Assembly (NCBI RefSeq): GCF_006345805.1
Contig: NC_043016.1
Span: forward strand, 14,880,001 to 14,944,000
Direction: 5' to 3'
Length of the DNA: 64,000 nucleotides
Origin: Octopus sinensis
Lineage: Eukaryota
In this document: positions 1 to 9,884 of the stretch, in pieces
Position numbering within the stretch: position 1 is the first letter of the stretch
How the letters are laid out: every line of letters begins with the position of its first letter
Notes under the pieces: model-generated
Seen by the model: only the letters and a program-made list of their open reading frames with translations
The model's database searches: none
What the model was told of the DNA's origin: nothing
Position numbers and translations under genes: made by a program

Positions 1-220
1 GTATGTATGTAATGTATGTATGTATGTATGCATGTATGTATGTATGTTTGTATGTATGTATGCATGTATGTAATGTATGTATGTATGTATGTTTGTATGT
101 ATGCATGTATGTATGTATGCATACTTGCATGTATGCATGCATGTATGTATGTATGCTTGCATTTATCTATGTATGTATATATGTATGTATGCTTGCATGT
201 ATGTATGTATGTATGTATGT
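1..220. repeat. (ATGT)n microsatellite; similar TA/CA/ATGT/GATA tracts at ~4330-4620, 5030-5210, 6110-6290, 6510-6630, 6910-7135, 7440-8390, 8620-8965, 23880-24080, 29515-29690, 41430-41625, 44535-44635
   Basis: Visible simple repeats. Confidence 0.95.
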
Positions 221-413
221 CGTTATTCAGTTTAATTTCAAGATTTCTTGCCAATAGAGACAGAACCAGTTTCTAACCTAGAGCCAAGGCTCCTTCATTG
301 GAATTTCAACATCAACAACAGGGTATTTTTGTATGTATGTATATGCAGATTTCTTGTTTTATGTATGTCTTCTCATGCATATACTTGCATATCTAGACAT
401 GCTCATACATGTA

Positions 414-524
414 GGGTGGTTACCAGAAAAGCGGAAAATTTGATGCTTATTGTTCACATCAAACAGAGCTTGTGAAAATAGAAATCAGCATTTCTCAAAT
501 TTTCTGCTTTTCTAGTGACCTCCC
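414..524. mobile_element. Tc1/mariner-type MITE, 111 bp, TA TSD
   Basis: TIRs gggtggttaccagaaaagcggaaaatttga / tcaaattttctgcttttctagtgacctccc (4 mismatches); TA at 412-413 and 525-526. Confidence 0.7.
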
Positions 525-1350
525 TATACTTAAATGATAAACTTCTGGAAAGTTTTACAGATTTTTACAACTCAAAGACGTTGCACTGAAATGGTGAATA
601 TAAAGGGCCATTCGACTTTGCCTTCAATCATTTTGGGGCAGATGTAATGAACTTAGCTCTTGCACCAAAATCGCTGGCCTTGTGCTAAAGCGTGAAACCA
701 ATACATAAAATGGGAGGGAGGTGAAGAACAACAATAAAATAAAGACATAGGTAGACAATAGGGGGAAAAGAGGGAACTTATGTAATGTTTGGTGGGGGGA
801 GAGAGGGAGCGAGACAAAGGGGTGCACAGGGACAGAGGCCAGAGGTATGTAAGGGTGTATATTATGAGTGAGAAACAAAAGTGATGAGGTCTGTTGATGT
901 GAGAGGACGTTTAAGGAAAATAAAGTGATAAGAGGTGATCTTGAAAATGCAAGATGGATGACAAGAGAAAGAGAGAGAGAGAGAGAGAACTGGTGGCACA
1001 AAAGCGGTGGGGTATGGAATATGTGCAGTTTTGCACCCGTATATTTACAACTACTCTTCTTTCACCAATTTTCATCACCAGTGATGACCTTCTGTTGTAA
1101 TCCAACGTCGGACTGTTGTAACATCCACTCTGGTATAGCAGTATAGTTAGTTAGACAAATAAGACATGACTATCTATGACTGACTTCTTGACCACTCAAC
1201 TTCCTACGGCACAGTATTTGTAATGACTGGTACATACCACTTGTCACATGGTAGGGGTGTTCCATTATTATTATTATTAACCCCATAATATCCCCCCTTT
1301 TAAGTTTTTTTTTCTTTTACAGGGAGAGCAATTTTATTTCTTTTTTAACA

Positions 1351-2135
1351 TTATCATCATCATCATCGTTTAACATCCGCTTTCCATGCTAGCATGGGTT
1401 GGACGGTTCAACTGGGGTCTGGGAAGCCAGGGGCTGCACCAGGCTCCAGTCAGATCTGGCAGTGTTTCTACAGCTGGATGCCCTTCCTAACGCCAACCAC
1501 TCCGTGAGTGTAGTGGGTGCTTTTTATGTGCCAGACGAGGCTGGCAAACGGCCACGCTCGGATGGTGTTTTTTATGTGCCACCGACACAGGTGCCAGACG
1601 AGGCTGGTGAACGGCCACGCTCGGATGGTGTTTTTTATGTGCCACCGACACAGGTGCCAGACGAGGCTGGTGAACGGCCACGCTCGGATGGTGTTTTTTA
1701 TGTGCCACTGGCACGGAGGCCAGGCGGGGCTGGCATGCCCTCGGTCGGATGGTGTTTGTTACGTGCCCACAGAATGGAGGCCAGTCGATGCGGTACTGGC
1801 TACGGCCATGTTCGGATGGCTTTCTTATGTGCCACCGGCACTGGTACCACAAAAATACAAATTCCATTGATGTTCATCGATTTTGATTTGGTTTGATTTT
1901 TTGATTTTCACTTGCCTCAACAAGTCTTTACAAGTGTCCCAAGAAGGAAGGTATGCACAGGTGGACTGACTACGTCCCAGGTAGAGGCCATGGTTTATGG
2001 CCTCACATGTCCTGCCAGGTCTTCTTGCGCACAGCATACTTCCAAAGGTCTCAGTCTCTGGTCATTTCCTTGGTGAGACCTAAAGTGCGAAGGTCGTTCT
2101 TCACCACCTCGTCCCAGGTTTTCCTGGGTCTACCT
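1351..2135 (-). mobile_element. 5'-truncated RTE-clade LINE 3' end with internal ~63-bp VNTR and (TGA)n tail
   Basis: ORF C-terminus RGRPRKTWDEVVKNDLRTLGLTKEMT...; 3' motif ggttggcgttaggaagggcatccagctgtagaaac; (cat)n at 1351. Confidence 0.85.
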
Positions 2136-2156
2136 CTTTTTTATTAACAACAATTT

Positions 2157-2696
2157 TTACATCATCCCACCTCCTTTTTTTGAGTATTTTTTGTTTATTT
2201 CTTTTTGTTTGGCATCCACTTCCAGGAACTCCTTATATATTCTTTTTATTTTGATTGTGCATCTGGATTTGATTATTTGTAGTAGTGTTGGTACTTGAAA
2301 AGTATCATATATCCATTCCACTGGTTCTTCCACACTCTTGGATTCACTCTCAACAAATCTTTTTTTAGTTGATTTATACCTCTCGTGGATCCATTTTCCT
2401 CCTTTTATGAAGTATAGCATTTTTCCTGTGTGTTTAGTAATCCCACTGACTTCCCAACTTTGTTTTCCATTCTTATATGCCCTAATAAATACATTTTCAC
2501 AATTTTTGAAATATCTTGCTGTATTATCTATTGTAATTTTCCTTTTCTTACCAGGTAGCAATTTGTCAAAGACTGATTTTATTTTCTTTGCAAATATCAG
2601 CTCTGCTGGTGTGTTTGGATATTTTACGATTTTGTATGCGGTAAAATTCGCACAAAAAAACTTTTGAGTTTCATAACTCCTTGTGAGTTTGTTCAT
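2157..2696 (-). CDS. Orphan intronless 179-aa lysine-rich ORF, unknown function
   Basis: 540-nt ATG-to-TAA frame in AT-rich non-repetitive sequence, hydrophilic composition, AATAAA 11 nt after the stop; no recognisable family. Confidence 0.4.
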   Translation of the reverse strand: MNKLTRSYETQKFFCANFTAYKIVKYPNTPAELIFAKKIKSVFDKLLPGKKRKITIDNTARYFKNCENVFIRAYKNGKQSWEVSGITKHTGKMLYFIKGGKWIHERYKSTKKRFVESESKSVEEPVEWIYDTFQVPTLLQIIKSRCTIKIKRIYKEFLEVDAKQKEINKKYSKKGGGMM

Positions 2697-2914
2697 TCCT
2701 CATCACTACTGTTATAACGTCTGCTCTGGTATAGCAGCATAGTTAGTTGGACAAGTAAAAAAATGATTATCTATGACCAACTTCACTGACTTTTCAACCA
2801 CTCGACTTCCTACATCACAGTATTTGTAATTACTGGCACATACCATGCATCATATGAAAGGGGTGTTCCATTACTATTATTATTATCATTATTCCCATGA
2901 CACCTTCAAAAAAA

Positions 2915-3260
2915 AAGGTCCAGATCAACTTCCAACTGTTCTTTTTAGTTCGTGACTGCTTTCGATCTTCTGTGAAGAAGCAAGGCACAAATTTTGCAGC
3001 AACACATTTCATTCACCATTCCTCACTCAAAATTCGTTGACAGGAGATCCAGAACACACCAATCACATCAACAAGTTCGTCAACTGTTTGGTGATGGTCC
3101 TTCAAGATCAGTGCATGAATTTTTATGATCTTTTCATTTGTTCGGGAGGTCAACGGACATCTTGAACGAGGTTGGTCTTCAAGTGACAAGTGACCATTCC
3201 TAAAACATGGAAACCACTCATAAACTTTTGTTTTGCTCATGTCAGCATCCTTGCAAGCTG
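2915..3260 (-). mobile_element. Second mariner-family transposase fragment (N-terminal HTH region)
   Basis: MSKTKVYEWFPCFRNGHLSLEDQPRSRCPLTSRT...CQRILSEEW*MKCVAAKFVPCFFTEDRK. Confidence 0.8.
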
Positions 3261-3438
3261 TTTGAAGCATTGATAAAGCAAAGATGTACCACGTGGCAGT
3301 AGGATTACTGCCACCAGTCAGTAACCTGATACCTGAGGGTTGCATCAAGTGGCTTCTAGCAGCTGAAGCCTGAACTACAATGGGCTTGTCTCACAGAGAA
3401 TGTTTCCGGTTATTTTTGGGTACTCCCTCATATATAAA

Positions 3439-4322
3439 TCATCATCATCATCATCATCATCGTTTAGCATCCGCTTTCCATGCTGGCATGGGTTGGACGG
3501 TGCAACTGGGGTCTGGGAAGCCAGAAGGCTGCACCAGGCCCAGTCTTATCTGGCAATGTTTCTACGGCTGGATGCCCTTCCTAACGCCAACCACTCCGTG
3601 AGTGTAGTGGGTGCTTTTTACGTGCCACCGGCACAGGTTCCAGACGAGGCTGGCAAACGGCCACGGTCGGATGGTGCTTTTTACGTGCCACTGGCACGGA
3701 GGCCAGGCAAGGCTGGCAGATGTCCACAATCGGATGGCGCTTTTTACGTGCCACCGGCATGGAGGTCAGGCGAGGCTGGCAAACGGCCACAATCGGATGG
3801 TGCTTTTTACGTGCCACCGACACGGAGGCCAGGCGAGGCTGGCAACAGCCATGATCGGATGGTGCTTTTTACGTGCCACCGGCACGGAAGCCAGTCAGGG
3901 CAGAACTGGCAACGGCCACGTTCAGATGGTTCTCTCATGTGCCACCAGCACTGGCATCACAGCTATAATTTCGATTCATGTTGATCAATTTTGATTTTTG
4001 ATTTTTTTGATTTTCACTTGCCTCAACAGATCTTCACAAGTAGGGTTTTGCGTCACAAGGAGGAAAGGTATGCATAAGTGGACTGAGGCCATGGGTGGTG
4101 GTCTCACTTGTCCTGCCGGGTCTTCTCACGCACAGCATACTTCCAAAGGTCTCGGTCTCTAGTCATTTCCTTGGTGAGACCTAAAGTTCGAAGGTCGTGC
4201 TTCACCACCTCATCCCAGGTTTTCCTGGGTCTGCCTCTTCCACAGGTTCCCTCAACAGCTAGGGTGTGCACTTTTTCACACAACTATCTTCATCCATTCT
4301 TGCCACATGGCCATACCAGCGC
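3439..4322 (-). mobile_element. 5'-truncated RTE-clade LINE 3' end
   Basis: WYGHVARMDEDSCVKK...GRGRPRKTWDEVVKHDLRTLGLTKEMTRDRDLWKYAVREKTRQDK* (stop 4106-4104), VNTR-bearing 3' UTR, (tga)n tail. Confidence 0.88.
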
Positions 4323-4409
4323 AAATGTCTCTCTTTATATATATATTAAATATATATATATATATATATAATATATATATATAATATATTATATATATAT
4401 AATATATAA

Positions 4410-4444
<35 letters not shown>

Positions 4445-6119
4445 CATATATACATATACACACTCACACATATATACACACACGTATTGATATAAATGCA
4501 TACATATACACATGCACATATATATACATATATCTATATGTAATATATTATCTATATATCTATCTATCCATCTATATATATATTGTATATGTGTATGTGT
4601 TTGTGTGTGTGTATATCAATGGAGTGATTGTACTGTGTGATAGGTTATGGTGTGTATATTGATGGGACAGCTATCATCTCTCAAGATGAAGCAATCATAT
4701 ATATATATATATACACTCACGGAGTGGTTGGCATTAGGAAGGGCATCCAGCCGTAGAAACATTGCCAGATCAGACTGGGCCTGGTGCAGCCTTCTGGCTT
4801 CCCAGACCCCAGCTGAACAGTCCAACCCATGCTAGCATGGAAAGCGGACACTAAATGATGATGATGATGACACACATTTTGAGAGACTGGAGTTGTTCCC
4901 AATTAGTAAAATTGATCCATCATTAGTTATTTAATTAGTGAAAAACACAGAACTAAAATATAATGTTAGACTATATTTACTTGTTTCAGGAGGATTTGCT
5001 CAAACTTGTCAGACTGCCCCACTGGCTACAGGTGCGTGTGTGTGTGTGTGCATGCATGCATGTGTGTGTGCATGCATGTGAGTATGCATGTATATGTGTG
5101 TGCATATGCATGAGTGCATCTGTGTATGCATGTGTGTATTGTGTGTGTGTGCATGTATGCATGTTTGTGTGTGCATGTGTGTGTTTGTGTGTGCACTACA
5201 CATGCATGTAAAGTTAAATGTTTCTATGTTCGCAGTTATGTGTTAGTGTTACTTAGCAATTCAATATGTAGAGATCAATAAAGTAAGCATCCGATTAAAA
5301 AATCATTGCAGGTGACGGTGCTCCAGCATGGCTTATGTCCAACAACTGAAAGTGGGGAAATGACAAATAATAAAGAATAAAAAATTTTTTAAAAATGTGA
5401 AGGCTGTGTGGTAAGTAGCTTGCTAACCAACCACATGGTTCTGGGTTCAGTCCCACTGCATGGCATCTTGGGCAAGTGTCTTCTACTATAGCCTTGGGCT
5501 GACCAAAGCCTTGTGAGTGGATTTGGTAGACGGAAACTGAAAGAAGCCTGTCGTATATATGTGTATATATATATATATATGTATGTGTTTGTGTGTCTGT
5601 CCCCCTATCATCGCTTGACAACCGATGCTGGTGTGTTTACGTCCCCGTCACTTAGCGGTTCGGCAAGAGACCGATAAAATAAGTACTGGGCTTACAAAGA
5701 ATAAGTCCTGGGGTCGATTTGCTCGACTAAAGGCGGTGCTCCAGCATGGCCGCAGTCAAATGACTGAAACAATTAAAAAAAAAAAAGTAATGGGAAATGA
5801 TAAGAGTGAGAGAATTGCAGATGGAAAAGGGGAACATGGAAGAGAGAGAGGGGGAGGGAGAGAGAGAAAGAAAGAAAGAGAGAGAGAGACACACACAGAC
5901 ACACACACGCGTGCTATAACACACACATACATGCACACACTTGCATAGACGATTACACATATATGCGCACAAACTCACACAAACATCTCTCATCATCATC
6001 GTCGTCATCATCATCATCATCGTTTAATGTTTGTGTTCCCTGCTGGCGTATGTCGGACAGTTTGACAGGATCCAATGGTCCAAGAACTGCATCATGCTCC
6101 AGTGTCTATAAATATATAT

Positions 6120-6151
<32 letters not shown>

Positions 6152-6254
6152 CATAAATATTTATATAATTATATATACAAAATAAGAAAATGGAGAAATA
6201 CATCTAAATCAATTATCAACTACCAGATAATACCCAATCACATATATATATAAT

Positions 6255-6289
<35 letters not shown>

Positions 6290-6305
6290 TTAGATAACCA
6301 TTAAT

Positions 6306-6338
<33 letters not shown>

Positions 6339-6535
6339 TTGGCTATTGTTGTACATCCAGCTAAAGCCAATGTGTGATTAGTTAGTTGTGCTTCTTTTTG
6401 TGTGGTTATACTCCTAAAATGATGATACGGAAGATGGTGAAAAAAATATTATCCAGTTAATTATTGTAATAGATTTTGTATTTGTGGAAAAGAAAAATTT
6501 ACATAATTTCCGCTCTCCCTCTCTCTCTCTCTCTC

Positions 6536-6585
<50 letters not shown>

Positions 6586-6631
6586 ACATACATACATATA
6601 TATACATACATACATATATATATATATATAT

Positions 6632-6910
6632 GTAGGTCCCGGTTGATCCGGGGTTAACCACAGTAAGTAAGGTACTCAATACATAGCAGAGTAAAATTAA
6701 TTTTATATAGAAGGAGCTTCTACAGGACTAGTACTGTTTCATTCAAGAGAAATCTTCAGGAAGCTATTTAACAAGAATTGTATTAGCATTTATACATTTA
6801 GGCAGGTTTAAAGGAGTGGTGGTGGGGGACTTTTTTGGGGGTAGGCATAGCGCAAAATATCATACTTGGGGAGTGGTCAAGGAGTCAGTGGTAAGTTAGA
6901 TGAAAGAATA
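6632..6910 (-). mobile_element. ~280-bp hammerhead-bearing element (Penelope terminal repeat or retrozyme-like monomer)
   Basis: Unique sequence between TA and AAAAAT microsatellites. The tail after the ribozyme (ttactctgctatgtattgagtacc, - strand) resembles the 8.55-kb tail (ttactctaccactggtatttgaatact). Confidence 0.5.
6715..6765 (-). ncRNA. Type I hammerhead ribozyme motif
   Basis: Minus strand: agcttc-CTGAAGA-tttc tctt gaat-GAAA-cag tactagtc ctg-TA-gaagct. Stem I has 6 bp, the core is CUGANGA/GAAA, stem III has 3 bp, and the UH site lies at 6722-6721. Confidence 0.8.
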
Positions 6911-7087
6911 GATAAATAAAAAATAAAATAAAAAATAAAAAATAAAAAATAAAAAATAAAAAATAAAAAAAAAAATAAAAAAAAATAAAAAATAAAAAAT
7001 AAAATGTGTGCACATACTTACATAAACACATATACATACACACACACATACGTACACATGTGTGCCTATACATACCTACACATACAC

Positions 7088-7118
<31 letters not shown>

Positions 7119-7458
7119 ATATATATATATATACACAATCAAATACAGGCCCATTCCCTAATTTTAATTTTATTATCTTCATTTATTACTTTTGTTATCT
7201 TTGATCGCTAGGGCTAAGGATCCTGGCGATGGCAGCATGTCCAATTGTCTGTCTACTAGAAGGCAAGTCTCGTTCCCGCACGCACACTCATTAGCACGTA
7301 CATACACCCATTCGTACACTCATACACATACACGTACGCACGGGTTATATTCATACATACAAACATCTACATACGTTCACGTATATACACATACGTACTC
7401 GTACCTACAGATTCATGTCTCCACTTTAGGAGGCTAGTCTATATATATACACCAATAA

Positions 7459-7511
<53 letters not shown>

Positions 7512-7607
7512 TACACACACACACACACATATATATACTCCTACATACAGATACATACCCATATATATATACATATACACACACATACATATATATATAT
7601 TATATAT

Positions 7608-7646
<39 letters not shown>

Positions 7647-7874
7647 CATACACACACACACATATATATACACACACATACATACACATATATATACATA
7701 CACAAACATATATACACACATATATATATATATATACATATATACACACATACATACACACACCTACATACATATACACACAAACACATACATACGTAAA
7801 CATACATACATACATCCATACATCCATACTTACATGCATTTATACGCATACATACACCCCCATCTATATATATA

Positions 7875-7912
<38 letters not shown>

Positions 7913-8249
7913 TTACACACTCACACATACATATACAAATATACGCCCACACATACATACATACACACGTATACGCATACACGCACATACACATATACAT
8001 GCGTACCCATACACGTGCACACACGCACATGCATCCATATATATACACACACACCACATATATACACGTGTGCAAGCATACATACATACTCATACACGCA
8101 CACATACTTACCTATACATATATGCACACACTTACACACATATATATACATACACATATACATGCATACATACATATATGCATACATACACATACACGCA
8201 CATACACATATATATATTATATATATATATATATATAGATAATATATAT

Positions 8250-8282
<33 letters not shown>

Positions 8283-8320
8283 GTATATCACTCTCATCCT
8301 CTCTCTTTCTCTCTCTCATC

Positions 8321-8389
<69 letters not shown>

Positions 8390-8408
8390 AAAGCAGCAGA
8401 AATTCAAC

Positions 8409-8454
8409 AAAACCTGTTACTCGGAGTTTCACGTTCCGTTCGTCAGACAGTTTT
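8409..8454 (-). ncRNA. Minimal type I hammerhead ribozyme motif (Penelope-type), canonical core
   Basis: Minus strand: aaaactgt-CTGACGA-acg gaa cgt-GAAA-ctccgag-TA-acaggtttt. Confidence 0.75.
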
Positions 8455-8469
8455 TTTTTTGTTTTTTTT

Positions 8470-8522
8470 AACAAAACTGTCCGACGAACGGGAACGTGAA
8501 ACTCTGAGTAACAGGTTTTGTT
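8470..8522 (+). ncRNA. Minimal type I hammerhead ribozyme motif (Penelope-type), CCGACGA core variant
   Basis: aacaaaactgt-CCGACGA-acg ggaa cgt-GAAA-ctctgag-TA-acaggttttgtt; 11-bp stem I with one bulged G. Confidence 0.7.
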
Positions 8523-8932
8523 GAATTTCTGCTGCTTTTAAATAAAGCATATTACTCTACCACTGGTATTTGAATACTCTTTCTTCCACCTTGTTTCACA
8601 TTCATGTGTTTACTCCGGTATCTATCTATCTATGTAGATAGATAGAAACAGATATGTGGATAGTTTTATATATGTGTGTGTGTATGTGTATGTTTATGTG
8701 TATGTGTGTGTGCATATGACATATATCTCTGTATATCTATATCTATTAATCTATGTATAGGTAGATAGACAGACAGACACACAGACTGACTGGCAGAGAG
8801 ATGGATAATAGAGATAGATAGATAGAGAAACAGACACATATACATGTGTTTGTGTGCATCTCTCTCTCTCCCTCCCTCCCCTTCACTTTCTCTCATACAT
8901 TATATATAAGATATATATATTATATATATAAT

Positions 8933-8965
<33 letters not shown>

Positions 8966-9487
8966 GACAAGTGATTGAGACTTTTGCAGGTATTCTGTGT
9001 GCTTGAGAAGATTCAGCAAGCCAAATGAGACCGTAACCATGGCCTATGCCAGTGTAGCATAACCAGCCCATTTAAGAGTATCCTTCAATCATTGGGCAAT
9101 AAACTGTGCTGTGATGACCTGTTGAGTCAAGTGAAGTCATCCTCATGGCCAATGGCAGTATCGCCAGATTGGCATGCTAAAAGCACCATTTGAGCATGGT
9201 CGTTGCCAATGCCTTCTGACTGGCTCCCCTGACGGTGGTACGCAAAAAGCACCATTCAAGCGTGGTTGATGCTAGTACTACCTGACTGGCCCTTGTGCCG
9301 GTGGCACACAAAAAGCACCCCCTACACTCTCAGAGTGGTTGGCATTAGGAAGGGCATCTAGCTGTAGAAACTTTGCCAAATCTGATTGGAACCTGGTGCA
9401 GCCTTCTGGCTTGCCAGCCCTCAGTCAAATGGTCCAACCCATGCCAGCATGGAAAGCGGACGTTAAACGACAACAATGATGATGATG
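8966..9487 (+). mobile_element. RTE LINE 3' fragment
   Basis: gtgcttgagaagattcagcaagccaaatga ORF end, aggaagggcatc motif, (gat)n tail. Confidence 0.75.
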
Positions 9488-9884
9488 TTATATATTTCAT
9501 GTACGACAACTTTTCATTTACTTCCTTAAATCAGTTTCTTAGCTTCAATGAAATAAGTGGAGCTAGGATGTCCTGAATAACAAGTAACTAGCATAACTGA
9601 TGTGTGTGTGTGTGTGTGCGCTCATTTTATCTCAATGAGTATTAACCAGAATCGTTCTATTGATTTGATGAGCATCAACACGCAATATCATAACGTTATT
9701 GATCTCACAAACCATGCAAATACATTTCAGAAGTTAAAAACAATGAGAATTTCTAAGTTTACGTCTCTGTGGTTTGCATGGAAACTAAAAGCTTACGAAA
9801 GGTGTTGAGTATTTCATTCCGTTAATGACTGAATTATTTTGGTAAAAAATATTTTAATTTATATGATAAGTAATTTCCTTCTTC

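Larger units (their letters stand above)
1112..2897. repeat. Dispersed direct repeat pair (~180 bp; 1112-1285 and 2708-2897), roughly 80% identical by eye, each ending in (TTA)n on +
   Basis: ctctggtatagcag.atagttagtt.gacaa...cacagtatttgtaat.actgg.acatacca...ggggtgttccatta shared. Confidence 0.85.
8389..8620. mobile_element. Short Penelope-like terminal element: ~66-bp inverted repeat (8389-8454/8473-8539) plus ~80-bp unique tail, between (CTAT)n tracts
   Basis: The two arms differ only by 2 substitutions and 1 indel; each carries a hammerhead motif. The Penelope assignment is inferred from the ribozyme type. Confidence 0.6.

Noticed and set aside
1040-1080. Minus-strand VITGDENW resembling the mariner catalytic motif
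   Set aside because: Flanking residues show no transposase similarity; probably chance
1399-1896. ORFs with [20 protein letters not shown] repeats (also 3400-3994, 51389-51616, 63358-63763)
   Set aside because: Lie in the RTE 3' UTR VNTR, downstream of the LINE stop codon and on variable strands
2338-2667. Hydrophobic 109-aa ORF on +
   Set aside because: Antisense shadow of the lysine-rich minus-strand ORF
7190-7290. ctggcga motif in a short unique segment, checked as a hammerhead
   Set aside because: No GAAA or stem III
3-8896. MYVCMY / HTHTYI / YIYIYI ORFs (also at 23.7-24.3, 29.4, 41.4, 44.4 kb)
   Set aside because: Translations of ATGT/CA/TA microsatellites
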